Origin: Longimicrobiales bacterium
GTDB taxonomy: Bacteria; Gemmatimonadota; Gemmatimonadetes; Longimicrobiales; Gaopeijiaceae
Reading direction: 5' to 3'
DNA: 64,000 nucleotides
Assembly: GCA_965202805.1 (NCBI GenBank)
Contig: OZ241869.1
Span: 2,784,001 to 2,848,000, forward strand
Of this stretch, positions 48,927 through 58,875 are shown piece by piece. The position numbers and the translations under genes were made by a program. Below the pieces are notes generated by a model. The model saw nothing but the letters and a program-made list of their open reading frames with translations, made no database searches and was not told the DNA's origin. Position 1 is the first letter of the stretch. Each line of letters opens with the position of its first letter.

Positions 48927-48989
48927 CGAGAACCCCGGCAGCCCCGGATGGACCCCCGCGAATGCCGGGAGGAGTGCGTCCGCCGGCTG

Positions 48990-50300
48990 CTAGAGCAGTA
49001 CGCTGAGCGGTTTCTCCAGGGTGTCCCTCAGCGTAGCCAGGAAGCGCGCCCCCTGGGCCCCGTCGATGACCCGGTGGTCGCAGCTCATGGTCATGCGCAT
49101 GCGACGACGAACCACCACCTGACCGTCAGCCGCCACCGGCCGATCCTCGACCGCGCCCACGGCCAGGATTCCGGCTTCGGGCGGGTTGATGACCCCGGTG
49201 AACTGTTCGATGCCGAACATGCCGAGGTTCGAGATGGAGAAGGTGGACCCCGTGTACTGATCGGGCGTCAGACGCTTCGCCCGGGCCAGCGCCGCCAGCT
49301 CCTTCACCTCGTTCGAGATCTCGGCGATCGGGCGCGCGTGCGCATCCCGCACCACCGGAGTAATAAGCCCGTCGTCGATGGCCACCGCGACGCCGATGTG
49401 CACGCGGTTGTGTCTGCGGACGTGATCGCCACCCCACCACGCGTTGCACTCGGGATGGCGGGCAAGCGCGAGCGCCGTCGCCTTGATGACGATGTCGTTG
49501 AAGGAGATGCGCGCGCCCAGCTCGAGCTCGTTGAACTGCTGGCGCAGCTCGGTTGCCCGGGCCATGTCGACATCGGCCGTGAGGAAGAAGTGCGGCACCG
49601 GCCCCAGGGACTCGACCAGCCGGCGCGCGATCGTCTTGCGGATCTGCGTGAGCGGGACGTCCACGAAGTCCTCGCCCGGGACTTCCGGCACGGGCGCGGG
49701 AGCCGGCGCGGCCCCGGCGGCCAGCGCGGCCTCGATGTCCCGCTTGACGATTCTGCCTCGCGGTCCCGACCCCGTGACCGCCTCCAGACGCAGGCCGGCC
49801 TCGCGGGCCAGGCGGCGGGCGAGGGGTGACGCCCTCAGCCGTTCACCGTCCTTGCGGGCCTCGGCGGCCGGCTCCGCCCGAGCGGTCGCCTGGACCACCG
49901 GCGCGACGGGCCGCGGGCTGACTGGTGGAGGGATCGGAGGCGGCGTGGTGGTGGCCGGCGTTGCAGTTGGCGGCGCCGCCCGAGCCGGCTCCTCCTCCAC
50001 CTCGGTGTCCGGTGACGTGGCTGCCGGCGCGGCGGCCGCCACCAGCTCCGACACATCTTCGTCCTCGGCCGCGATGACCGCGATCACGTCTCCCACGGGC
50101 GCCGTCTGCCCCTGGTTCAGCAGGATGGCCCGCAACACCCCGTCGCCGCGCGCAACGAGTTCCATGGTCGCCTTGTCGGTCTCGATCTCGGCCAGCAGAT
50201 CGCCGGCGGCAACCTGGTCACCCTCCGCCTTGAGCCACTTGACGACCTGCCCCTCCTCCATGGTGGGCGAGAGGGCTTCCATGTGCACTTTGGTGGCCAT
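48990..50300 (-). CDS. pdhC: Pyruvate dehydrogenase E2, dihydrolipoamide acetyltransferase
   Basis: Lipoyl motif ETDKA, ASPLARR, DHRVIDG. Confidence 0.95.
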   Translation of the reverse strand: MATKVHMEALSPTMEEGQVVKWLKAEGDQVAAGDLLAEIETDKATMELVARGDGVLRAILLNQGQTAPVGDVIAVIAAEDEDVSELVAAAAPAATSPDTEVEEEPARAAPPTATPATTTPPPIPPPVSPRPVAPVVQATARAEPAAEARKDGERLRASPLARRLAREAGLRLEAVTGSGPRGRIVKRDIEAALAAGAAPAPAPVPEVPGEDFVDVPLTQIRKTIARRLVESLGPVPHFFLTADVDMARATELRQQFNELELGARISFNDIVIKATALALARHPECNAWWGGDHVRRHNRVHIGVAVAIDDGLITPVVRDAHARPIAEISNEVKELAALARAKRLTPDQYTGSTFSISNLGMFGIEQFTGVINPPEAGILAVGAVEDRPVAADGQVVVRRRMRMTMSCDHRVIDGAQGARFLATLRDTLEKPLSVLL

Positions 50301-50359
50301 CGACTAGCCTCGGATGGTCAGGATCGGCGGTTGCGTCGCGTCGGATGGCGCGGCCAGGG

Positions 50360-51340
50360 TCAGTTGCGGTAGAGAACCTTCCTGCAGGCGTCCGCGACCC
50401 GTGCCGCGTCGGGTTTCGACTGCTTCTCCAGATTCCTGGCGTAGGGCATGGGCACGTCCGCCTGGGTGATTCGCTGCACCGGCGCGTCCAGGTCGTCGAA
50501 GCCCTCGTCCTGGATCAGCGCGACGACCTGCGCGCCGACGCCCACGAACGGCCAGCATTCCTCCACGTAGACGGCACGATTGGTCTTGTGGACGGAGCGC
50601 AGAATCGCCTCCATGTCCAGGGGACGGAGCGAGCGCAGGTCGAGCACCTCGGCGGAAACGTCCTCCTTCTCCAGCGTGCGTGCCGCCTGGAGCGCCACAT
50701 GGACCATCTGTCCGTGCGAGATGATGGTGACGTCCGTGCCCTCCATCTTCACATCGGCAACGCCCAGGGGTACGAAGTGCTCGCCCTCGGGAACGTCGCC
50801 GCGGGCGTTGTAGAGCAGCTCGGACTCCATCACGACCACCGGGTCGTCGTCGCGAATCGCGGCCTTGAGCAGGCCCTTCGCATCCGCCGGCGTCGCCGGA
50901 TTCACCAGCTTGACCCCGGGGGCGTGGACATAATAGGACTCGCACGCCTGCGAGTGCTGTGCGGCGAGCTGCAGGGCCGCCCCGTTGGGTCCGCGAAAGA
51001 CGATGGGCACGTGCAGCTGCCCGTTCGTCATGTAATGGGTCTTGGCAGCGTTGTTGATGACCTGGTCGAGGGCCAGGAACGCAAAGTTGAAGGTCATGAA
51101 CTCGATGACCGGGCGGAGCCCCGCCATGGCCGCGCCTACGCCCAGTCCTGCGAAGCCGAGTTCGCTGATCGGAGTGTCCACCACGCGGCTGTCGCCGAAG
51201 CGATCGAGCAGGCCCCGCGACACCTTGTAGGCGCCATCGTACTCCGCGACTTCCTCGCCCATGAGAAAAACGGAGTCGTCGCGCTCCATCTCCTCGGCGA
51301 GCGCCTCGTTGAGGGCGTCCCGGTAGGTCATGACCGCCAT
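50360..51340 (-). CDS. pdhB: Pyruvate dehydrogenase E1 beta
   Basis: DTPISELGF, FRGPNGA, AQHSQ. Confidence 0.96.
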   Translation of the reverse strand: MAVMTYRDALNEALAEEMERDDSVFLMGEEVAEYDGAYKVSRGLLDRFGDSRVVDTPISELGFAGLGVGAAMAGLRPVIEFMTFNFAFLALDQVINNAAKTHYMTNGQLHVPIVFRGPNGAALQLAAQHSQACESYYVHAPGVKLVNPATPADAKGLLKAAIRDDDPVVVMESELLYNARGDVPEGEHFVPLGVADVKMEGTDVTIISHGQMVHVALQAARTLEKEDVSAEVLDLRSLRPLDMEAILRSVHKTNRAVYVEECWPFVGVGAQVVALIQDEGFDDLDAPVQRITQADVPMPYARNLEKQSKPDAARVADACRKVLYRN

Positions 51341-51341
51341 C

Positions 51342-52406
51342 TCAGCCTCCCCGCCCATCGAGGAAAAGCCTTCCGTGTACGGCCATGTCGCTGTAGACGT
51401 GTTCGTGGAGACTGTCATCGGAGGGGAGCGGCGAGCGGTCCGCGAAGTCGGCGGCGTCATCGACCAGCTCGCGCACCTCCTCGTCCATGCGCTCGAGGTC
51501 GTCCCGCGTGAGGTGCCCGCTCCGGATCAGCAGATCGCGCAGATGGGCGATGGGGTCGTCTTCGCGGACCCGCGACTCGACCTCCTCCTTGCTGCGATAG
51601 GTGCCCGATACCGGATCGGACATCGAATGGCCCTTGAAGCGATACGTCTCGGCGTCCACGAACTGGGGTCCCGCGCCGTCGCGCACGCGTTCCAGCAGGT
51701 CTTCCATCAGTCGCCAGACCGCAAGCACATCCTGGCCGTCCACGTAGTGCGCGGGAATCCCGTGCGCCCGCGATTTCTCGACCATGGGGGTCGTGGTCAC
51801 GCGGTTGAACGCCGTCCCCATGCCGTACCCGTTGTTCTCGACGACGTAGATGACCGGCAGCTTCCAGATGGCCGCCATGTTGAGCGACTCGTGAAACGAG
51901 CCCTGGTTGACGGCCGCGTCTCCCAGGAAGCAGACGCAGACGCGGTCCTCGCCGCGGTAGCGGATCGCCCAGCCCAGACCGGTCGCCAGCGGAATCTGGC
52001 CCCCGACGATGCCCCATCCACCCATGAAGTTGTGCTTCGCGGAGAAGAGGTGCATCGAGCCCCCCTTGCCGCCGGAACAGCCGCCCGCCCGGCCGTACAA
52101 CTCGGCCATCGCCGCGCGCGCGGAGATGCCCTTGGCGAGCGCAAGCGTGTGTTCCCGGTAGGCCGAGAGGGCATAGTCCTCGGGGCGAAGCGGCCCGATG
52201 AAGCCCAGCGCGACCGCTTCCTGCCCGGTATGCAGGTGGCAGAAGCCGCCGATCTTGCCGATCGCGTATGCCTCTTCCGCCTTCTGCTCGAATCGCCGGT
52301 ATATGAGCATCTCGCGCAGGAAGCGAAGCACCTGTTCGGGCGGAAAGCCTTCAATGACGGGCGGAGGGGCGGACCTGGATGCGTCCCGAACGGCGCTGTC
52401 AGGCAT
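51342..52406 (-). CDS. pdhA: Pyruvate dehydrogenase E1 alpha
   Basis: GGFCHL..GQEA, GDAAVNQG..ENN TPP motif, YRFKGHSMSDP. Confidence 0.96.
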   Translation of the reverse strand: MPDSAVRDASRSAPPPVIEGFPPEQVLRFLREMLIYRRFEQKAEEAYAIGKIGGFCHLHTGQEAVALGFIGPLRPEDYALSAYREHTLALAKGISARAAMAELYGRAGGCSGGKGGSMHLFSAKHNFMGGWGIVGGQIPLATGLGWAIRYRGEDRVCVCFLGDAAVNQGSFHESLNMAAIWKLPVIYVVENNGYGMGTAFNRVTTTPMVEKSRAHGIPAHYVDGQDVLAVWRLMEDLLERVRDGAGPQFVDAETYRFKGHSMSDPVSGTYRSKEEVESRVREDDPIAHLRDLLIRSGHLTRDDLERMDEEVRELVDDAADFADRSPLPSDDSLHEHVYSDMAVHGRLFLDGRGG

Positions 52407-53517
52407 ATGCCACCTCCCTTCCGTCCTTTCCCTCTCTCCCGGGGCGCCTCGTCTCGATCTGCACCAGCCGGAGCCCGGGCACCTCCGCGGGCGCCGGGAG
52501 GTCCGCCTCCAGCACGTGCCGAAGCGAACCCGCTGCGCCGGCGGACACCTGGCGCGCCTGATCCCTGGCGTGATAGCTGGAGCGGACCAGGGGACCGGCC
52601 TCGACGTGCCGGAAGCCGAGTTCCTCCTGGCCGATACGCTTCCAGTCGTCGAATTCCCCGGGGGTCACCCAGCGGGCAACGGGAATGTGCTGGAGCGACG
52701 GACGGAGATACTGGCCCAGGGTGAGGATATCGACACCGGCCTCGCGGAGGTCGCTCATTGCCTGCCGGATCTCGGGTGCTCGCTCCCCCATCCCCAGGAT
52801 GATGCCCGTCTTGGTCAGGATGCGCGGCTCGAGGCGCTTGGAGGCTCCGAGAAAGGAAATCGAGCGCCAGTATCGGCCCCCGGGCCGCACGTCGGGGTGG
52901 AGCCGCTCGACGGTCTCCAGGTTGTGCCCGAGAATCGCCGGTCGAGCGGCCAGAACCGTCGCCAGGGCGTCCTCGTCGCCCTTGAAGTCGGGGATCAGCA
53001 CCTCGACCGAGCAGGCGGGAAGCCGATCTTCGATGCGGCGAATGGTCTCCGCATAGATCGCGGCGCCGCCGTCGGGCAGTTCGTCGCGGTTCACGCTGGT
53101 GATGACGACGTGTTCGAGCTCCATCGCGGCCACGGTTTCCGCGACGCGACGCGGCTCGTCGCGGTCCAGCACGGTCGGCAGTCCGTGGGCGACCGCGCAG
53201 TACTTGCAGGCGCGCGTGCAGACGTCCCCGAGGATCATGAAGGTGGCGGTGCCGGCCTCCCAGCACTCCCCGATGTTGGGGCAGCCCGCCTCCTCGCACA
53301 CGGTGTGAAGCGCCTGGCTGCGCATGAGTCGCTTCAACCGCAGGTAGTTCGGTCCCCCGGGCGAACGTACCTTGAGCCAGGACGGCTTGCGGTCGCTCGG
53401 GGAAATCGTAGCGAGGCCCTCGTGCGCGCGGATGCGGGAAGTCCCCTTGGGCCTGACGGTGCCCGTATCCTTACGCGCCGGCGCGTATCCTTTCCAGGCT
53501 TTGAGGGGCTGGCTCAA
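52399..53517 (-). CDS. lipA: Lipoyl synthase
   Basis: CEEAGCPNIGEC, CTRACKYC, VRSSYHA. TTG start inferred. Confidence 0.95.
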   Translation of the reverse strand: MSQPLKAWKGYAPARKDTGTVRPKGTSRIRAHEGLATISPSDRKPSWLKVRSPGGPNYLRLKRLMRSQALHTVCEEAGCPNIGECWEAGTATFMILGDVCTRACKYCAVAHGLPTVLDRDEPRRVAETVAAMELEHVVITSVNRDELPDGGAAIYAETIRRIEDRLPACSVEVLIPDFKGDEDALATVLAARPAILGHNLETVERLHPDVRPGGRYWRSISFLGASKRLEPRILTKTGIILGMGERAPEIRQAMSDLREAGVDILTLGQYLRPSLQHIPVARWVTPGEFDDWKRIGQEELGFRHVEAGPLVRSSYHARDQARQVSAGAAGSLRHVLEADLPAPAEVPGLRLVQIETRRPGREGKDGREVAYA

Positions 53518-53729
53518 CCTCGACTTCTCCGTCGCTCGTTCCCTTGAAGCGGACCCGGATCGGCCCCCTGGTATCGCAGGATTGGCTGGTCGGGGGCCGC
53601 CGGCAAAGCGGGCCCGCGAGGGGTCTCCATCTCGGGTTCCGGCGCGGCTTGCGCCTCCCGCTGCGTAGCTTGGAATGATAAAACCCCGACGCTTTCTACG
53701 GCAACGGAGCGCGCGTGCGCAACGCAGGC

Positions 53730-54905
53730 CTAGAAGCCGAATCCCCGCAGCGCTTGAGCGATGCCCATCCCCGCGTACGTGCCCAGGGCGTAGCCGAGCA
53801 GACCCACCAGAATGCCCGGCAGAATGAGGGATCGCCACCCCCCGGCCACCGCTACCGCCAGTGCGCTGCCGGGACCTCCCACGGCGGCCTGGGAAGCAAC
53901 GCACAACGTGCCGATATCCACGCGCAGGAACCGGCCCGCCAGGAAGACCAGCACTCCGTGGACGGCGACGACGAAGAGCGCGTAGAAGAGCACCTGGACG
54001 CCCACGGCGAGCACTTCCGCGATCCGCGAGTAGATGCCGATCACCACAAAGAAGAACAGCAATGCCAGGTTGCCAAGCTGCAGCGCGCCCCGTTTCGCCC
54101 CGGATGGCATGACGTACCCCGTGACAAGGGCCAGAGTGGTGAGCCAGAGCACCGGATTGATTCCGGGGGTGACGGCCGCGACGACCCGGGACGCGATCAC
54201 GATCGCGAGCCCTGCCGCGACGAGAATGGCCAGCCGATTAGTGGAAAGCGATGCGCGTGCGAAGAGCGGATGCGCGGATTGGTCGTCGGGGAGATCGGGA
54301 TCGTGGCCGGCGTGGTCCGGGACCGGGGCCGAATCGGCGCCTGGTGATGGTGGCGGTGCCGGGTAATGCCGCCCGATCCACCGGGGCAGCACCACGCACG
54401 CCGCCAGCCAGAGGCCGGTGACGACGTTGTCCGCAGCCGTGGCGCCCACAAAAAGGGCATCGGACATGTCGACTGCCCGGCTTACCGCCGTGAAGTTCAG
54501 TGATCCGCCCGAATACGTTCCCGTGAGCGCTCCCGCCAGCTTCCACGTCTCCTCGCCGATCGCGTCTCCGAACAGGAACGCCCCCGCAAACGCCCCGAGG
54601 GCCGTGCCCGCCACCGCGATGCCGAACGCGATCAGCATGGCCCCGCCGGCCTTCCTCAGGTCGGCCAGGTTGACCGCCAGGAGCAGCCACACGATGGCCA
54701 GATCGGTCGCGGTGCCGGTGATGGCCTGGTAGGTGGGCGAGGCCGGGGGCACGAGCCCCGCGTTGGAAAGAACGCCGCCGATGGCGATGGCGAGCAGGGT
54801 GGCTCCCAGCTTCCAGATCCCCGGCACCCGGCGACGCTCCAGCCACAGGGCGAGCACGACCACGCCGGCGATGGTGGCGATGAGCGCCAGAGGGGTATCG
54901 ATCAT
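53730..54905 (-). CDS. DUF819 family membrane protein
   Basis: GTYSGGSLNF, ASQAAVGGP.SA, GYALGTY; many TM segments. Confidence 0.88.
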   Translation of the reverse strand: MIDTPLALIATIAGVVVLALWLERRRVPGIWKLGATLLAIAIGGVLSNAGLVPPASPTYQAITGTATDLAIVWLLLAVNLADLRKAGGAMLIAFGIAVAGTALGAFAGAFLFGDAIGEETWKLAGALTGTYSGGSLNFTAVSRAVDMSDALFVGATAADNVVTGLWLAACVVLPRWIGRHYPAPPPSPGADSAPVPDHAGHDPDLPDDQSAHPLFARASLSTNRLAILVAAGLAIVIASRVVAAVTPGINPVLWLTTLALVTGYVMPSGAKRGALQLGNLALLFFFVVIGIYSRIAEVLAVGVQVLFYALFVVAVHGVLVFLAGRFLRVDIGTLCVASQAAVGGPGSALAVAVAGGWRSLILPGILVGLLGYALGTYAGMGIAQALRGFGF

Positions 54906-54974
54906 GAAAGGGCGGATCGCCAGGCGTGCCGTGGCCGCCGCTCACCGTGCGCGCTCGGATTCATCCGCGGGCTG

Positions 54975-55730
54975 TCAGCCACCGGTTCGCGTCTCGGCGG
55001 CCTGCCTCATCTCTTCGAGCGGGATGGCGTGCATGAAGTACTCCTCGAGCCCGCGCGCCTGTTCGCTGTCCCACGCCTCCAGGAATCGAGCGAAATAGGC
55101 GTTGGCTCCGTCATTGTCGCCGAGTTCGGAGGCCGCCCGTGCCGCCGCGCCCAGGAGCAGCAGGTGGCTGGGGGCGTCGGCCAGCGCCCGCTCTGCCACT
55201 TCCCGGGCCATCAGGTGATCGCCGCCCAGAGCGTGCAGCAGCGACAGGTGGTAGTGGCCGTCCGCATCCAGGGGAACCACCAGGTTGTAGGCGTCCAGGG
55301 CCATCGGCAGAAACGCCAGCGCCTCGGCGCTGTCCCCCGCGGACGCGGCGCGCATGATTCGATCGTACAGTCGATCCGCCGCCTCCCGCGGCGTCATCGA
55401 GCTCAGATCCGGAGGTGCTCCCGCGCCGGAGGTCAGGCCCGCCGCGGGGTCAGGGAGGGGAGTATCGGCCGGCTCATCCCGGCCCAGCGCCCAGTACCCC
55501 GCGCCGATGACCAAAACGCCGGCGAACACGCCGCTGGCCCAAAGCACCCTCCTGCCACCCGCGCTCGCCGGCGGCCGGCGGCGCCCGAGGGGTGCGCCGC
55601 AGAAGATGCAGAAGGACGCTCCCGCCGGGACTGTTTGCCCACAGGAGGGGCACGACAGCTCCCGCATCGCGGCCCCGCACTCCGCGCAGAACTTGCCGGC
55701 GGCGACCGCGCCGCACTCCGGGCATTTCAT
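54975..55730 (-). CDS. Double zinc-ribbon, membrane-anchored TPR-like protein
   Basis: Four CxxCG motifs, a TM helix, helical C-terminus; GGAGGAGG RBS. Confidence 0.8.
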   Translation of the reverse strand: MKCPECGAVAAGKFCAECGAAMRELSCPSCGQTVPAGASFCIFCGAPLGRRRPPASAGGRRVLWASGVFAGVLVIGAGYWALGRDEPADTPLPDPAAGLTSGAGAPPDLSSMTPREAADRLYDRIMRAASAGDSAEALAFLPMALDAYNLVVPLDADGHYHLSLLHALGGDHLMAREVAERALADAPSHLLLLGAAARAASELGDNDGANAYFARFLEAWDSEQARGLEEYFMHAIPLEEMRQAAETRTGG

Positions 55731-55772
55731 GATGCGCCTCCTCCGGTGCACAACGGGTTCGGCCGCCGGTGC

Positions 55773-56525
55773 CTAGAAGCCCGTCGGGAAATCCAGAAAC
55801 TCCCAGGGAATGCCGAAGCGCGCCTCCAGGTGCGAGGCGAGCGCGCGCACCCCGAGGGTCTCGGTGGCGTAGTGGCCCGCATAGTACACGTTGATGCCGT
55901 ATTCCATCGCATCGAAGTACGTATGATGCGCTCCTTCCCCGGTGACGAGGGCATCGGCACCGGATGCCGCCGCTTCGGCAATCATGGACCCGCCCGCACC
56001 TGTCACAACCGCGATCCGGTGTATCCGGTCAGGTCCTCCATCTATAAGTCGGACTGGCACTTGCAGTGACTCTGTCAACCGATCACCGAGAGATCTGCGT
56101 GTCTCCGAAGCCGTCCCGATCCAGCCTACATCAATCCCCTGAAAGGAGCCAAAACCCTCGTCAATCTCGATGTTCAGAGCGCGGGCGAGCAAGGCGCAGT
56201 TGCCGACCTCGGGATGTGCGTCCAGCGGCAGATGAGCCGAGTAGAGACCCAGTTGGTTGGAGAGGAGGGCGAACAGCTTCCGGAAACGTCTGCCGGTGAC
56301 GGGCGCTGCCCCATCCCAGAAAAGCCCGTGGTGCACGAGCAGGAGGTCGCTTCCGCGCTCGACCGCGGCGTTGATGGCGGCTTCACTGGCGTCCACCGCG
56401 GCGCAGATGCTGCCAACCCGGGCCGCCCCCTGAACCTGAAGTCCGTTGTAGGCGTTGGGGTAGTCGGGGAAGTCAGGGACGCGGAGGTATTGGTCAACAT
56501 ACTCTACGAGCGACTCCAGTTTCAT
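55773..56525 (-). CDS. Nif3-like dinuclear metal center protein
   Basis: NGLQV, HHGLFW, HLPLDAHP..GN, GHYATE. Confidence 0.95.
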   Translation of the reverse strand: MKLESLVEYVDQYLRVPDFPDYPNAYNGLQVQGAARVGSICAAVDASEAAINAAVERGSDLLLVHHGLFWDGAAPVTGRRFRKLFALLSNQLGLYSAHLPLDAHPEVGNCALLARALNIEIDEGFGSFQGIDVGWIGTASETRRSLGDRLTESLQVPVRLIDGGPDRIHRIAVVTGAGGSMIAEAAASGADALVTGEGAHHTYFDAMEYGINVYYAGHYATETLGVRALASHLEARFGIPWEFLDFPTGF

Positions 56526-56594
56526 GCTCCCGGCCCTTTGCTTCCTGGCCTCTTGCACACGAATCCCCCGCGATCAGGAGGATGCATTTGAAGG

Positions 56595-56753
56595 TTTTCC
56601 ACGACCCGGGAAAAACAACAGCGGTGTGGACAACGCGCTTGCGGGAGGGACGAAGGACCTTCGGAAGAGTCGATGGTGTAATGGCTTCAGAGGTTTTCCA
56701 CAACACCGGCGGAGCACGGGAAAACCCTTTCCCGCCGGACTGAGTTATTCTCA
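56595..56753. promoter_or_regulatory. Cluster of DnaA-box-like 9-mers
   Basis: TTTTCCACG 56595, TGTGGACAA 56625, TTTTCCACA 56694, TTATTCTCA 56745. Confidence 0.45.
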
Positions 56754-56770
56754 GGCACTTCGCCCATGGC

Positions 56771-57157
56771 TCACGTCCGCGGCGAGGGGGGTTTGGCGCC
56801 CCGGCTTCCCATCTTGACGGTTCCGTTGACGGTTGCGCCCTCTTCAAGCACGATGCGCCGGGTGTCGATATCCCCGTCGACGTCACAGGACGACTGCAGC
56901 TCCAGGCGCGAAGCGATCTTCAGGCTACCCTTGAGCTTTCCCGAGATGACCGCGTCCTGGGTGGAGATGTCACCGACCACGATTCCGCCCTTTCCGACGA
57001 CAACCGCCTTTCCGGCCTCCACTCCCCCCTCGATCCTGCCTTCGATGCGGATGGTCCCCTCGGTCTTGCAGTTGCCGACTACGGTCATCCCGGGTCCGAT
57101 GATCGAAATCGTGTTGTCTGGAGACGCGGGGGGCGAAGTCGGGCGCTGTTTGCTCAT
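56771..57157 (-). CDS. Bactofilin (polymer-forming cytoskeletal protein)
   Basis: SIIGPGMTVVG..IRIEGRIEG..V.GDI..EEGATVNG beta-helix pattern. Confidence 0.92.
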   Translation of the reverse strand: MSKQRPTSPPASPDNTISIIGPGMTVVGNCKTEGTIRIEGRIEGGVEAGKAVVVGKGGIVVGDISTQDAVISGKLKGSLKIASRLELQSSCDVDGDIDTRRIVLEEGATVNGTVKMGSRGAKPPSPRT

Positions 57158-57218
57158 CCTGGTGTTTCCCTTACTGGTAAGTTGAGACGAATCGAGGAAA
57201 GACGGGTTCCGCCAACTT

Positions 57219-57971
57219 TCAGCGTCGGTCAAGGATTGTCAACGGATCGACAGGTTCGTTGTTTCGAAGGATTTCGAAGTGAAGGTGGGGAGCCGTCGAC
57301 CTGCCGGTCGATCCGCTCAGTGCAATAACCTCGTTCTGCCGCACCAGGTCCCCGGCCGCGACAAACGTCACGGAAGCATGAGCATACAAGCTGCCATATC
57401 CGTCGCCGTGGTCAAGGCGTACAAACCGGCCGTAGAGGGGATCCTCTCCCGCTTCGGCCACCACCGCCCCACCCGCGGCGCGGATGTAGGAGCCCGTGGG
57501 TATGGCGATGTCCAGACCCGGATGTTCCCCGACCATGCCTTCGATCAAGGGCTGAGTCACGAAACCCCTTTCGGTCAACGGCCAACTGGTGGGCCTGGTT
57601 TCGTCCGCGACCGTCCGTCCGGAGTTTCCCTCGTTACCTACCGGAGGCAGCCACAGGTCCGACAGCGCGGTTGGGCGGGCTCCAAACAACTCGGCGATCC
57701 GCAGATAGCGTGCCTCCACCGTGTCGATGTGCGTGCTCAGCGCCTGAATCCCTTCCGCCTGGACCGCAAGCGAGTCCGACAGGATGTCCACGCGATGCGT
57801 GGTCACAGCGACGCCGACCACGTAGCCCGCCGACATCAGTCCAATCAGGGCGAGCGAGGCCAGGACGGCGTGCCTGGTCGTCAGCTCATGGCTTCGGGTA
57901 TTCGCCGACCCTTCGGTCAGGAGCATGACCGTCAGACCTCGGCGGCTTGGAGACTTCCTATTCCAGAACAT
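57219..57971 (-). CDS. M23 family metallopeptidase
   Basis: HPGLD, YAH, GSTGRSTAPHLHFE; N-terminal TM. Confidence 0.92.
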   Translation of the reverse strand: MFWNRKSPSRRGLTVMLLTEGSANTRSHELTTRHAVLASLALIGLMSAGYVVGVAVTTHRVDILSDSLAVQAEGIQALSTHIDTVEARYLRIAELFGARPTALSDLWLPPVGNEGNSGRTVADETRPTSWPLTERGFVTQPLIEGMVGEHPGLDIAIPTGSYIRAAGGAVVAEAGEDPLYGRFVRLDHGDGYGSLYAHASVTFVAAGDLVRQNEVIALSGSTGRSTAPHLHFEILRNNEPVDPLTILDRR

Positions 57972-58875
57972 CGGAGGCCTCCCGGCCCGACACCAGGGCA
58001 AACAGGCGTTCAAGGTCCTGGTCGTCGTGGAAGGGGATTTCGATGCGCCCCCTGCTTCCCCTCTGCCGGCGAACGACTACTCGTGTGCCGAGCGCCGCGC
58101 ACAACTCCTGCTGCAACGCATGGAGCACCGGATCCAATGCTCGCGACGACCGGGCCCGACGCTTTCGGTTGTCTGGAGCGCCTTCATTGCGAGCCGGGCG
58201 CGTCGGCGTGGTGCGGACGGCATCCTCGAGCTTGCGCACCGACCAACCGCCTTCGACCGCCATTCGAGCCAGCTCGGCAGCCCATTCCCGGTCGTCGACG
58301 GCGAGGAGCGCCCGCGCGTGTCCCGGCGTCAGCTTCTCCTCCCCGAGCAATTGCCGCACTTCGGCGGGAAGCTTCAGCAGACGGAGGATGTTGGTTACCG
58401 CGGCGCGGCTCTTTCCGACAGCCAGCGCGATGTCCTCCTGTGTGCGCTTGAACTTGTCCACCAGCACCCTGTAGCCTTCGGCCTCCTCCAGCGCGCCGAG
58501 ATTGCGGCGCTGAAGGTTCTCGACGAGCGCCAGCACAAGCATGGTTTCGTCATCTACGTCGCGAACGATGGCCGGCACTTCGCCCCACCCGAGTCTCGTG
58601 ACAGCTCGAAATCGGCGTTCTCCCGCAACCAACTCCCATTGTCCCTGCGCCGGCGCGGATCTGACGAGCACGGGCTGGAGCAATCCGTTGGCGCTGATTG
58701 AAGCCGCGAGTTCCCGGATTTCCTCTTCCTTGAACTCGCGACGGGGCTGGAACGGGTTGGGAATCACGGAATCCAGGGGCAGGCTGGCGACCTCGCCTTC
58801 CACGGGTCGATCGAGATGATCCCCCAGAAGGGCGCCCAGGCCGCGCCCGAGCCGAGTGTTCGGAGCAACGCTCAT
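57958..58875 (-). CDS. parB: Chromosome partitioning protein ParB
   Basis: LGRGLGAL, NPFQPR, AGERRFRA, ENLQR, GHARAL. Confidence 0.97.
   Translation of the reverse strand: MSVAPNTRLGRGLGALLGDHLDRPVEGEVASLPLDSVIPNPFQPRREFKEEEIRELAASISANGLLQPVLVRSAPAQGQWELVAGERRFRAVTRLGWGEVPAIVRDVDDETMLVLALVENLQRRNLGALEEAEGYRVLVDKFKRTQEDIALAVGKSRAAVTNILRLLKLPAEVRQLLGEEKLTPGHARALLAVDDREWAAELARMAVEGGWSVRKLEDAVRTTPTRPARNEGAPDNRKRRARSSRALDPVLHALQQELCAALGTRVVVRRQRGSRGRIEIPFHDDQDLERLFALVSGREASDVLE

Noticed and set aside
48990..53517. Missing E3 (lpdA) as a sign of a defective PDH
   Set aside because: E3 is commonly encoded elsewhere and shared between complexes.
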